From: an uncultured Planctomycetota bacterium
GTDB lineage: Bacteria > Planctomycetota > DG-23 > CAZBND01
Assembly: GCA_964622675.1 (NCBI GenBank)
Contig: CAZUUK010000008.1
Coordinates: forward strand, 1,369-65,368
DNA length: 64,000 nucleotides
Direction of reading: 5' to 3'
Of this stretch, positions 24,816 to 34,232 are shown piece by piece. Every line of letters starts with the position of its first letter. Position 1 is the first letter of the stretch. A program made the translations under genes and the position numbers. The notes under the pieces are model-generated. The model was not told the origin of the DNA. It worked only from the letters and a program-made list of their open reading frames with translations, and did no database searches.

Positions 24816-26207
24816 CTACTTCCCGATGCAGAACCGCGAGAAGATCTCGTCCAGCACGCTTTCGACCACCGACCGTCCTGTAACCCTGTCCAGCCCCGCC
24901 GCCGCCTCTCGAATGTGCACCGCAGCAAACTCCTCGCTCAACCCTCCCTCACTCGCCGAAGCCGCCTCGTGAAGCTGCGACAGCACGTTCCGCAGAACAC
25001 CGTGCTGCTCCGCCGTCAGCGCAAACCGGCTCGCCGCCCTCACCACCTTCCCGCTTCGTACCGCCGAGGCCGTCTCCTCAAGGACCTCATCCAGCCCCCA
25101 GCCCTGAAGCGCCGAAGTGAACACGACCGGCGCCGAAGGGACAAGCTCCTCCGCGTCCTTTTCCTCCACCCGTCTCTCCAGATCCGACTTGTTCAGCACC
25201 AAAATCCCCGGCGCCGCAATTCGCGAGGCCACATCCCGATCCTCTTCCGTAAGCTCCTCTGAAACGTCAACCACGAAAACCACCAGCTCCGCCGCCTCCA
25301 TCGCCGCAAGCGACCTGTTCGCCGCTTCCGCGCTCACCCCTTCAGCTCCCCCCACCACTCCCGCCGTGTCAACCAGCCTCACCGTTATCCCTTCGAACTC
25401 CATCACCTCCTCCAGCGTATCCCGCGTCGTTCCCGCCTCTCTCGAAATTATCGCCCGCTCCCGCCGCAGCAGCGCGTTGAAAAGACTCGACTTCCCCACG
25501 TTCGGCCGCCCCACTATCGCCGCCAGCACCTCCTCCTTGAAAACCGTTCGGCTTCCCACCGACGAGAGCACATCGGAGATTTCGCCGATGAGCCGCTCCA
25601 GCTCCGACCGCAGCTCCTCGCGCGAAATCACCTCGATCTCCTGATCGGAGAAATCCAGGTTCGCCTCCACTCGCGCGAGCAACGACACGAGCCCCTCTCT
25701 AATGCTTTCGAAGGAGTTGAAAAGCTGCCCGGAAAGCTGCGCCAGCGCCGCACGCCTCTGAGCATCCGACCGCGACGTAATCAGCGACAGCACCCCCTCC
25801 GCCTGCGTCAGGTCTATCCGCCCGTTCAGAAACGCCCGCCTCGTAAACTCCCCCGGCTCCGCCATTCGCGCGCCCTCGCCCAGCATTCTCTGCAGCACCC
25901 CGTGCAGGATAGGCGCCGATCCGAACGTATGAAACTCAACGATATCCTCGCGCGTGTATGAAGTCGGCGCCCGCATAACGTAAACCCTCGCCGGAACCTC
26001 GCCCACCGTCTTATCCGCCGAAATGGAACCGCCGAAGTGGAAGTAATTCCTGTCCGATCCCAGCGGCTCCGCGGGCGACGTTATCTTTCGCGCAATCCGA
26101 ATCGCCTCCCCGCCGCTCAACCTCACTATCCCCCGCGCCGCCGAGCCCGCCGGAGACGACACCGCCGCTATCGTATCCTCTTCGCAGTAAGTCATCTCCA
26201 CACCCAT
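24816..26207 (-). CDS. mnmE: tRNA modification GTPase MnmE (TrmE)
   Basis: DTIAAVSSPAGSAARGIVRLSG N-domain, GRPNVGKSSL, DTAG and NKSDL motifs, and the C-terminal CIGK. The start could be the ATG at 26207 or at 26195. Confidence 0.93.
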   Translation of the reverse strand: MGVEMTYCEEDTIAAVSSPAGSAARGIVRLSGGEAIRIARKITSPAEPLGSDRNYFHFGGSISADKTVGEVPARVYVMRAPTSYTREDIVEFHTFGSAPILHGVLQRMLGEGARMAEPGEFTRRAFLNGRIDLTQAEGVLSLITSRSDAQRRAALAQLSGQLFNSFESIREGLVSLLARVEANLDFSDQEIEVISREELRSELERLIGEISDVLSSVGSRTVFKEEVLAAIVGRPNVGKSSLFNALLRRERAIISREAGTTRDTLEEVMEFEGITVRLVDTAGVVGGAEGVSAEAANRSLAAMEAAELVVFVVDVSEELTEEDRDVASRIAAPGILVLNKSDLERRVEEKDAEELVPSAPVVFTSALQGWGLDEVLEETASAVRSGKVVRAASRFALTAEQHGVLRNVLSQLHEAASASEGGLSEEFAAVHIREAAAGLDRVTGRSVVESVLDEIFSRFCIGK

Positions 26208-26232
26208 CGCCAAATCAACTCTCGACCGGCCC

Positions 26233-28074
26233 CTACTTCGTTCCCCTCGGCTTGAACTTTCTCTTCTTCGGGCCCTCCTTGCTCGTCGGCGGCGCAAAGG
26301 CCTTCAAAGCCTCCCCCCTCTCCTCCAGCGCCTTGAGATGCCGCCTTATCAGCACCTGCTCCGCCACCCCGTAAGTCGTGCTCGTCGTCCAGTACAGCAC
26401 AAGACCCGAAGGCATCGAGTAGAAAAAGAACCCGAAAATGATCGGCATGAACTTCGTCATCATCTGCATCTGCGACTGCTGCTGGTCGACCGCCGGCTGC
26501 GCGAACAGCTTCTGCTGGAACACCATCGCACCGATCATTATCAGCGGCAGTATGTTCAGCGAGCTTATCCCCAGAAAGCTGAACGGAAAATTAAACAGCG
26601 CATCCGGCTGCGAAAGATCCTTTATCCAAAGCACGAAAGGCGCCTGCCTCAGCTCGATAGCCTGACTCAGCCCCGAATACATCGCAATCAGAACCGGGAA
26701 CTGCAGAAACATCGGAAGACACCCGGCAGCCGGGTTCACACCCTGCTCCTTGTACAGCTTCATCATCTCCTCGTTCATCTTCTTCCGGTTGCTCTTGTAC
26801 TTCTCCTTCAGCTCGCTGATTAGCGGCGACATCTTCTGCATCTTGTGCATGGAGAGCGCCTGCTTCCTGCTCAATGGGAAAAGCACAACGCGGATCAGAA
26901 CCGTCAGCACGATGATCGAGACGCCGTAATTCTTCATCACCCCGTAGAAAATGTGAAGCAGCCACAGCAGCACCTTGCTTATCGGTTCGATTATCGGCGC
27001 GGGCAAACACCAGCCGTACGTTATCACCTTCTCATACTCACCGTATGCCCTCAGCGCTTTCGTCTTCAGCGGCCCGACGAAAAGCCGATAATTGTGCACC
27101 ACCGATTCATGCGGCCGGATCACCAGCCGCCTCGTCCGCAGCGAGCTCACGTACGTCCCTTCCATGTTCCGTACCACCGCCTGCCTGACGAACGGAGCGC
27201 CCCCCGTATCGGCAGGCTCGAGGATCGACGCAAAGTACTGGATCCTCGTTCCCGCCCACTTAACCGGCGCATCCGACACTGTCTCCACCTCCCCGGGCTT
27301 CGGCTTCTTCTTCTCAACTCGCAAACCCTTACCCGTCTCCTTGCCGACTACCGCCTGAAGGTAATATCCCGCCCGTCTGTATCCCCGTCGCCCCGTCACC
27401 TCCGGCGAAACGCCCACCCCGCTGAACACCTCGTAGTACTCCATCTCCACAACCTCATCCGTCGGATTCTCCAACTCCACCGCAAGGTTCACGTGGTAAT
27501 TGAGCAGCCCCTCCGGATCCTCCTCCGCAAGCTCGTATTTCTTCGTCATAACTAGCCTGTTGCCAAGCCCCGCCCGGAACTTAATCCCTCTGTCCGTTTG
27601 GTAGACCACCTCGAACGGCCGCTCCGCCAGCCTCATCCCCTCCGACGGCTCCGCTATCGCCAGCGAGCGAATCTTCGTATCGCTCTCCGCTTCCGTCAGC
27701 GGCCGCAGAAGAACAAACGGATTCTCCCTCGCGCTGTCCAGATACTCCTTGAGCACCATCTCCTCGATGCTGCCCCCCGCCGTGCTGAAACTCGCTCTCA
27801 GCGCCGCCGTCTCCAGCGTTATCAGCTCCGGCTCCACAGTGACCTCAGGCGTCGGCGACGGACTCGCCGCTTCCCCGGGCGCAGCCTCCGCTATCACCGC
27901 CTCTTCCCACTCACTCGGCTTCTCCCCCGGCACTCCCGACGGCACCGGCGTCACCTCCGAGACCTCCTCCGGCGGAACCTCGGGCTTCCGCACCAACTTC
28001 GGCAGCACGAACCAGTACCAGATCATCAGCACCAGCAGCGTTACTACCAGCGCCGTCGCTGTCCTCTTATCCAT
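26233..28074 (-). CDS. yidC: Membrane protein insertase YidC
   Basis: N-terminal TM segment, large periplasmic domain and conserved C-terminal five-TM core (GCLPMFLQFPVLIAMY...YWTTSTTYGVAEQ), immediately upstream of mnmE. Confidence 0.92.
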   Translation of the reverse strand: MDKRTATALVVTLLVLMIWYWFVLPKLVRKPEVPPEEVSEVTPVPSGVPGEKPSEWEEAVIAEAAPGEAASPSPTPEVTVEPELITLETAALRASFSTAGGSIEEMVLKEYLDSARENPFVLLRPLTEAESDTKIRSLAIAEPSEGMRLAERPFEVVYQTDRGIKFRAGLGNRLVMTKKYELAEEDPEGLLNYHVNLAVELENPTDEVVEMEYYEVFSGVGVSPEVTGRRGYRRAGYYLQAVVGKETGKGLRVEKKKPKPGEVETVSDAPVKWAGTRIQYFASILEPADTGGAPFVRQAVVRNMEGTYVSSLRTRRLVIRPHESVVHNYRLFVGPLKTKALRAYGEYEKVITYGWCLPAPIIEPISKVLLWLLHIFYGVMKNYGVSIIVLTVLIRVVLFPLSRKQALSMHKMQKMSPLISELKEKYKSNRKKMNEEMMKLYKEQGVNPAAGCLPMFLQFPVLIAMYSGLSQAIELRQAPFVLWIKDLSQPDALFNFPFSFLGISSLNILPLIMIGAMVFQQKLFAQPAVDQQQSQMQMMTKFMPIIFGFFFYSMPSGLVLYWTTSTTYGVAEQVLIRRHLKALEERGEALKAFAPPTSKEGPKKRKFKPRGTK

Positions 28075-28094
28075 TGCCTATTTCCTGCATCCTC

Positions 28095-28829
28095 TCACCG
28101 CCCTCGCTCAAGCCGAAGCGCCAGACTATCCTCAAGCTCTCCGATTCTCTTTATCTTCTTCACCGTGCTCGACACATCGTAATCAACCCGCCGGAAGACA
28201 ACCGCCGTCCCGTCAAACGTAACGTAGCAAGCACGCGGGTCGCCGTCTCGCGGCTGCCCCACAGAACCAGTGTTTATCAGCGCCTTACCCCCACCCAAAA
28301 AATGCGCCTCCGGCGCCTCCTTCGGCCGGATGAATCCCTTGTGCCCCTCCTCCACCACGCCCGGAATGTGCGTGTGCCCGACGAACGCATACTTTTTAAC
28401 CCGCGCCATAATCTCCCGAACCTTCTTAGGGTCGTCCACGTGATGCGGATATATGTATTCCCTCACCGGATCCAGCGGCGATGCATGCGCGAAAAACATC
28501 ACCCCCTGCCTCACCTCCTCCCGAAGGCTCAGCAAAAACCTCTCATCTTCAGCTTCCTTCCCCTTGTTGAAAACCGAACGCGTCCACGCCATCGCCTTCG
28601 CCGCCACCCGGCTGGACCTCATTCTCCCTCGAACCAGGGCCTCATCGTGATTCCCTTTAACCGTCAGCTTGAACCCCCTCGCCAGACGCAGGCATTCCAG
28701 CGGATTCGGCCCGTATCCCACCACGTCCCCCAGGCACACCACCTCTCGTATCCCCAGCGAACTGATATCCTCCAGTACAGCCTGGAGAGCCTCCAGGTTC
28801 CCGTGGATATCTGAAAGGATGGCGATCAA
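28095..28829 (-). CDS. Metallophosphoesterase (YfcE/MJ0936-like)
   Basis: SDIHGN, GDVVGYGP, GNHD and GHTH motifs. TTG at 28829 gives the usual M-IAILSDIHGN N-terminus, so the track start at 28883 is probably too early. Confidence 0.85.
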   Translation of the reverse strand: MIAILSDIHGNLEALQAVLEDISSLGIREVVCLGDVVGYGPNPLECLRLARGFKLTVKGNHDEALVRGRMRSSRVAAKAMAWTRSVFNKGKEAEDERFLLSLREEVRQGVMFFAHASPLDPVREYIYPHHVDDPKKVREIMARVKKYAFVGHTHIPGVVEEGHKGFIRPKEAPEAHFLGGGKALINTGSVGQPRDGDPRACYVTFDGTAVVFRRVDYDVSSTVKKIKRIGELEDSLALRLERGR

Positions 28830-28900
28830 TCCCCGTATCCCTCGCGATTCCCGGCTGCCAAGGCGTGCACGGCCGCGCCGCACCTCACGCCTCGCCTTCT

Positions 28901-29077
28901 CTACTTATCGTCTTCCCCTTCCGGGACTTCCGCCTCTTCAACCAGCATCACGGGGATGCCGTCGCGGATAGGATAGCGCCGCCCGCATTTCGTGCAAACC
29001 AGCTTCTCCTCCTCAAGCTTCACCGGCTCCTTGCACAGCGGGCAAGCAAGCACCTCCAGCAGCTCTTTCGGAATCAA
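28901..29077 (-). CDS. Trm112/YcaR-family small zinc-ribbon protein (58 aa), missing from the ORF track
   Basis: My translation reads MIPKELLEVLACPLCKEPVKLEEEKLVCTKCGRRYPIRDGIPVMLVEEAEVPEGEDDK. TTG start, preceded by GGAGGCAGGAGAGAGAG. Confidence 0.8.
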   Translation of the reverse strand: MIPKELLEVLACPLCKEPVKLEEEKLVCTKCGRRYPIRDGIPVMLVEEAEVPEGEDDK

Positions 29078-29166
29078 ACTCTCTCTCCTGCCTCCTAGCC
29101 TAACTTATCGTTTCAGGCATCAGCCGCGCTTTTCAGAATGTCGGCCAGATGCCGTACCTAACGGCC

Positions 29167-29685
29167 TCACCGTTCCTGCAACGGTGATAGAAACATTTCG
29201 AGGAACATCGAATCCACGTATCGCCCTTTGATCTTAACATGCTTGCGAGCGGCTCCAACAACACGAAAGCCAAGCTTTTTGTAGAAGCCCAAAGCTCCAT
29301 CGTTGTCTGCCCGCACGTAAGTGAACAGTTTTTCGTAGCCCTTCTCCCTCGCCTCTTCGAAGCTTGCACCGGAGAGCCGCTTGCCAATGCCCTGTCGTCG
29401 CAGTGCAAGTTCTATGCACGTTCCAACAACCCCAACGTGATCAAATGCATGCGTGTACGTCGCGAAAGGCTCTATGCACTGAAAGCCGAGCACTCTATGG
29501 TCTTCCGGGCGCTCAGCGACAAGAAACACTCCACGGGGAGAAAAGCTCACTATATACTCTCGCTCATATTCCACCGTCAGCCGTGTGTCAAGCGCTGAAT
29601 AAGCACCCGCTTCTATAATCTCGTTCCAGATCCCGGTTAGTGCTTCTGCGTCGGTCTGACGAGCCTCTCTAATCCGCAATTCCAT
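29167..29685 (-). CDS. GNAT family N-acetyltransferase (phosphinothricin-acetyltransferase-like)
   Basis: MELRIREARQTDAEALTGIWNEII... and the RRQGIGKRL acetyl-CoA-binding motif. G+C is clearly lower than in the flanking sequence. Confidence 0.85.
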   Translation of the reverse strand: MELRIREARQTDAEALTGIWNEIIEAGAYSALDTRLTVEYEREYIVSFSPRGVFLVAERPEDHRVLGFQCIEPFATYTHAFDHVGVVGTCIELALRRQGIGKRLSGASFEEAREKGYEKLFTYVRADNDGALGFYKKLGFRVVGAARKHVKIKGRYVDSMFLEMFLSPLQER

Positions 29686-29779
29686 GCGCTGACTGCCGGT
29701 TGTAGAGCCCTGCGGGACGCTGCTCAACCCTGATTATATTGCCCCCACCGCCTCTTACAAGCCAAAACTCGCTCCCCCG

Positions 29780-29808
29780 TTGAAACCGCCTCCCCTGCTT
29801 GCTAGAAT
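29780..29808 (+). promoter_or_regulatory. Near-consensus sigma-70 promoter for the NPP-like gene
   Basis: TTGAAA, a 17-nt spacer and TAGAAT, 51 nt upstream of the ATG at 29860. AAAGGAG RBS follows. Confidence 0.5.
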
Positions 29809-29859
29809 CCCAGTTCGGCGCGGAACTTCTCGTTCTACATCTGAAAGGAGCTTTTTCGC

Positions 29860-31881
29860 ATGCGCAAGGCAAAAGCAATCGTCGTCGGCATGGACGCCGT
29901 CTCAATGCCGCTCATTAAAAGGTTCGCCGATGAGGGTTCCCTGCCCACTATCAAGAAGCTAATGCGGAACGGTATCTCCGGCGATATACTCCCCTGCATT
30001 CCCGCTTACACTCCCACCAACTGGGCAACCATCTGCACCGGTGCCTATCCCGGCACAACCGGCGCCGCCAATTGGGCCGACAACAGCCCCGGCGACCCCG
30101 CCTCACGTCAGCCGCTTTCCACCTTCGACTCCCGCGCCATCACCGCCGAGACGATCTTCGAGGTCGCCGAGCGCCAGGGGCTCACCAGCCTTGCCGTCGC
30201 CTATCCCGGCTCCTTCCCTTCCCGAATGAAAAGAGGCTTCGTCGTCGCCCCCCTCCCCAGGGGACTCGTTTCTCTCTGCATTCAGCGCGGTGCCGTCTAC
30301 ACAACGCCGAATGAATCCGCCCCCAGAACCGAAAAGATCACGCTGAGGAAAGCCAGAGGCTGGAAAGGTCTCCGAAAGGGAGAGGAAGCCCTCGAAACCG
30401 AAATCGTATTGGAGGCAAAGCTCTCCCCTCATGCCGCGCGGATGACTGGCCCCGAAGCCGCAAAAAAGGCCGGCGCCACCGAAGACGGCGCCGATATCGA
30501 AACCATTACCAGAGCCGCCGGGCGTGAGAGAGAGCGCACAGACCGCATGGTCCTCAACGTCCTCCTTCGCAAAGGCCCGAAAGGCTACGAGAGGATCATC
30601 ATCTCCGAAGGCAAGAACGCGTCCAAAAAGATCGGCGCGGCGCGCCAGGGCAAGTGGTCCAAATGGGCCGTCATCAAAGCCCCCAGCCCCGAAGGAAGAA
30701 CGAAAGGTAGCATCCGCTTCAAACTCCTAAAGCTCTCCCGCGACGGAAAGCGCCTCGTGCTCCTCCGCACCGAAGTCTACCCCACCTCCGGATTCACCTC
30801 CCCCAAATCCCTTGCCGACGAGCTTTTTGAGAACGTCGGCCCCTACATCGAGCACGCAGGCGCCTCCGCCGCTGGCATCCGATTCATGGACGAAGTGATC
30901 GAGGAGGTCCAATATCAGGTGGAGTGGCAGATAAAGGCCGCCCGCTACCTCATGGAAACCCACGGCTGGGATATCTTCTTCAACCACTGGCACTTCCCCG
31001 ACAGCATGGAGCACTTCTTCATCGCTCCCGCCGACCCCGCTTCCCCGGCGTACGACAAAAAATTCGCCAGGAAAGCCCTCGATGTCCTCCGCCGCACCTA
31101 CAAGCTCGGAGACAAGCTCCTCGCCGGCCTGATGAAGAACGCCGATGAGAACACCTTCGTCGCCGTCATCTCCGACCACGGAAACTCCTCCAACATGTTC
31201 TCCTGCAACATGCCTCAGCTCCTCGTGCAGAAAGGCCTCGCCGCTTTCGAGCACTTGCCCGAGGGCCTCGCCACCCAGTCGCACGGCTTCGGGATCGATT
31301 GGAAGAGAACCAAAGCATACCCATACGGCGGCGCGCAGATCTGCGTCAACCTCAAAGGCCGCGAGCGGCACGGCATCGTCCCTCGAAAAGACTACGAAAA
31401 AGTTCAGGAGGAGATAATCGACGCGCTCCTCGACTGGCGCGAGCCCAAAACCGGAAAGCGCCCCGTCGCACTAGCCCTCAAGAAAAAGGACGCCCAGCTA
31501 ATCGGCTTCTACGGCGAGCGCTGCGGCGACGTCGTCTTCATCTACAACTCCGGCTTCGCCTGGGGACGCGGCGGTGACCGCCACAGCATCGCCCCCGCAA
31601 AGGGCGGCGCTAACCACGGCCCGCAAATACCTACCACCTGGACCACTCTCTCCAGCAATATGGCCGCACTCGTCATGGCCGGTCCCGCCCTCAAGCACGG
31701 CTACGAAAGGGATCCCCAGAAGCTCGGCTACATGAAACTCGTTGACTTCATCCCTACCCTCTCTTACGGCCTCGGCATCAGCCCGCCGGTAACGAGCCAG
31801 GGACAGGTCATGCTCGACCTCTTCAACGGCTCGGGGAGGAAGCGAAGTGCTCGGAAAGGACGACGCAAAAAGGCTCGCTAG
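29860..31881 (+). CDS. Alkaline-phosphatase-superfamily protein, nucleotide pyrophosphatase/phosphodiesterase-like
   Basis: VVGMDAVS...IPAYTPTNWATICTG (Thr nucleophile context) and SDHGN. It has a lysine/arginine-rich C-terminal tail. Confidence 0.8.
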   Translation: MRKAKAIVVGMDAVSMPLIKRFADEGSLPTIKKLMRNGISGDILPCIPAYTPTNWATICTGAYPGTTGAANWADNSPGDPASRQPLSTFDSRAITAETIFEVAERQGLTSLAVAYPGSFPSRMKRGFVVAPLPRGLVSLCIQRGAVYTTPNESAPRTEKITLRKARGWKGLRKGEEALETEIVLEAKLSPHAARMTGPEAAKKAGATEDGADIETITRAAGRERERTDRMVLNVLLRKGPKGYERIIISEGKNASKKIGAARQGKWSKWAVIKAPSPEGRTKGSIRFKLLKLSRDGKRLVLLRTEVYPTSGFTSPKSLADELFENVGPYIEHAGASAAGIRFMDEVIEEVQYQVEWQIKAARYLMETHGWDIFFNHWHFPDSMEHFFIAPADPASPAYDKKFARKALDVLRRTYKLGDKLLAGLMKNADENTFVAVISDHGNSSNMFSCNMPQLLVQKGLAAFEHLPEGLATQSHGFGIDWKRTKAYPYGGAQICVNLKGRERHGIVPRKDYEKVQEEIIDALLDWREPKTGKRPVALALKKKDAQLIGFYGERCGDVVFIYNSGFAWGRGGDRHSIAPAKGGANHGPQIPTTWTTLSSNMAALVMAGPALKHGYERDPQKLGYMKLVDFIPTLSYGLGISPPVTSQGQVMLDLFNGSGRKRSARKGRRKKAR

Positions 31882-32482
31882 AGCCCTCCTGAAAAAATAT
31901 CCCCTCGCCGCGCCGACGCTCGACTTCTCCAGCCCCCTCGAGCTCCTCATCGCCACCATTCTCGCCGCTCAGTGCACGGACGAGCGCGTCAACCAGGTCA
32001 CCGAAAAGCTCTTCAAGAAATATCGAACCGCCGCCGACTACGCCGACGCCTCCCTCCCTCAACTCGAGCGCGAGATCAAAACCACCGGCTTCTTCCGCCA
32101 GAAGGCCAAAGCCATAAAGGCCTGCTCCCAGTCCTTGGTCGAACAGTTCGGCGGCGAAGTGCCCGACTCCATGGACGCCCTCACGCAGCTCCGCGGCATC
32201 GGCCGCAAAACAGCCAACATGGTCCTCGGCGACGCCTTGGGACAGCCCGCCATAATAGTGGATACGCACGTCCGCCGCCTCTCCCGGAGAATGGGCCTCA
32301 CAGGAAAAAAAGACCCGGACAAAATCGAATTCGACCTCCGCGAAATCGTCCCAAAGGCCAAATGGACTCCCTTCTCCCACGCAATGATGGCCCACGGAAG
32401 GAGCATCTGCGTCGCCCGAAAGCCCCGCTGCTCCATCTGCCCCGTAAGAAAGCTCTGCCCGTACGACGGGCCGAGCGACTGA
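31847..32482 (+). CDS. nth: Endonuclease III (DNA glycosylase/AP lyase)
   Basis: FSSPLELLIATILAAQCTD, the HhH motif LRGIGRKTANMVL and the 4Fe-4S loop CVARKPRCSICPVRKLC. Its GTG start overlaps the upstream gene by 35 nt. Confidence 0.92.
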   Translation: MLGKDDAKRLARALLKKYPLAAPTLDFSSPLELLIATILAAQCTDERVNQVTEKLFKKYRTAADYADASLPQLEREIKTTGFFRQKAKAIKACSQSLVEQFGGEVPDSMDALTQLRGIGRKTANMVLGDALGQPAIIVDTHVRRLSRRMGLTGKKDPDKIEFDLREIVPKAKWTPFSHAMMAHGRSICVARKPRCSICPVRKLCPYDGPSD

Positions 32483-32489
32483 GGTCCCC

Positions 32490-34205
32490 ATGGAAAACTC
32501 CCGCATCGCCGAATTCTTCTCCCGTATAGCCGACATCCTCGACATCCAGGGCGAGAATACCTTCCGCGTCCGCTCCTATCGCAACGCCGCCAGGATCATC
32601 GCCAGCCTCCCCACAAATCTCGCCGACTTCATCCGCGAAGGCGGCGACCCCACCAAGTTCGCCGGCATCGGCGCATCCATCGCCCAGAAAATAGCCGAGA
32701 TCGTCACCACCGGCCGCCTCAAGTTCCTCGAAGACCTCCAAGCCCGGATCCCAAAGGACCTCACCGAGCTCCTCAAGGTGGAAGGCATCGGACCCAAGAA
32801 GGTCAAGCTCCTCTACGAGCAGCTGGGAGTCGACTCCGTCGCCCGGCTCGAGAAATCCGCCCGCGCCGGAAAGCTCCGCCAAGTCGCCGGCATGGGCGCT
32901 CGCACCGAAGAAAAAATCCTCCGCTCCATCGAGCATTACCGCCGCGGCATCGGCCGCTTCAAGCTCTCCCTCGGCATGGCCTACGCCGACGCGCTCGTCG
33001 CATACCTCTCCCGCGTCAAGGGCGTCCGCACCCTCGAGCCGTCCGGCAGCCTCCGCAGAAGGCGCGAAACCATCGGCGACCTCGATATCCTCGCCATCTG
33101 CGAACCCGGCTGCAAAATTATGGACGCCTTCACCCAGTACGAAGACGTCGAAGACGTCATCGCCAAGGGCGAAACCAAATCCAGCATCCGCCTCCGCAAC
33201 GGCCTCCAGGTGGACGTCCGCGTCCTCGACAAACAAAGCTTCGGCGCCGCACTCCACTACTTCACCGGCTCTAAGGCACACAACGTCGCCATCAGAGAGC
33301 TCGCCCGACAGCGCGGGCTCAAGGTCAGCGAGTACGGCGTCTTCAACACAAAGACGGACAAGAAGGTCGCCGGCAAAGCAGAGAAGGAAATCTTCGCCGC
33401 TCTCGAGCTCTCCTACATCCCTCCCGAGCTGCGCGAAAACCGCGGCGAAATCGAAGCCGCCGCCCGCGGAAAACTCCCCAGGCTCATCGAACTCTCACAC
33501 ATCCGCGGCGACCTGCAGATGCACACCACTGCCAGCGACGGCCATCACTCCATCCAGAAAATGGCCGAAAAGGCCATCGAACTCGGCTACGAGTACATCG
33601 CCATAACCGACCACTCCCAGGCCGTCCGCGTCGCCGGCGGCCTGGACGAGAAGCGCCTCGCCAAACATCTAAAGGCCATAGAAAGGGCAAACGCCAAGCT
33701 CGACGGCATCCAAATCCTTAAAGGCATCGAAGTGGACATCCTCGCCGACGGCTCGCTCGACCTCGGCGACTCGATCCTCGCCGAATGCGACGTCGTCATC
33801 GCGGCCATCCATTCCCGCTTCAACATGCCCGAGGCCGAAATGACCAACCGCATCATCCGCGGCATATCCAACCCCAACGTCCACATCCTCGCCCATCCCA
33901 CCGGACGCCTCATCCTCGAAAGGCCCGCCTACGAAGTGGACCTCAAGGAAGTCTTCAAACAAGCCAAAAGCCTCGGCGTCGTCATGGAAATCAACGCCTA
34001 CCCCGACAGGCTCGATCTCAACGACGTCAACGCCCAAATGGCCAGGGACATGGGTCTGAAGATTGCCATAAACACCGACGCCCACTCCACGACCCATCTC
34101 GAACTCATGCGCTTCGGCGTCTACACCGCGCGCCGCGCCTGGCTCGAAAAGAAACACGTCGTAAACGCCCTCCCGCTCCCCAAGCTTCTCAAAGCCCTCA
34201 GGTAA
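32490..34205 (+). CDS. polX: Family X DNA polymerase with a C-terminal PHP phosphoesterase domain
   Basis: HhH motifs, GSLRRRRETIGDLDIL (nucleotidyltransferase), and PHP motifs DLQMHTTASDG and ITDHS. Confidence 0.92.
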   Translation: MENSRIAEFFSRIADILDIQGENTFRVRSYRNAARIIASLPTNLADFIREGGDPTKFAGIGASIAQKIAEIVTTGRLKFLEDLQARIPKDLTELLKVEGIGPKKVKLLYEQLGVDSVARLEKSARAGKLRQVAGMGARTEEKILRSIEHYRRGIGRFKLSLGMAYADALVAYLSRVKGVRTLEPSGSLRRRRETIGDLDILAICEPGCKIMDAFTQYEDVEDVIAKGETKSSIRLRNGLQVDVRVLDKQSFGAALHYFTGSKAHNVAIRELARQRGLKVSEYGVFNTKTDKKVAGKAEKEIFAALELSYIPPELRENRGEIEAAARGKLPRLIELSHIRGDLQMHTTASDGHHSIQKMAEKAIELGYEYIAITDHSQAVRVAGGLDEKRLAKHLKAIERANAKLDGIQILKGIEVDILADGSLDLGDSILAECDVVIAAIHSRFNMPEAEMTNRIIRGISNPNVHILAHPTGRLILERPAYEVDLKEVFKQAKSLGVVMEINAYPDRLDLNDVNAQMARDMGLKIAINTDAHSTTHLELMRFGVYTARRAWLEKKHVVNALPLPKLLKALR

Positions 34206-34232
34206 AAACTCCCACCTCGCCGCGCCCATCCC

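Noticed and set aside
32298-33281. 327-aa minus-strand ORF antisense to nth/polX. Similar shadow ORFs are 34198-35109, 36623-37969, 41847-42968, 43284-43955, 46362-47234, 50967-51929, 52119-53291 and 56887-58122.
   Set aside because: Each overlaps a motif-supported gene on the other strand and has a composition typical of antisense frames in this genome.
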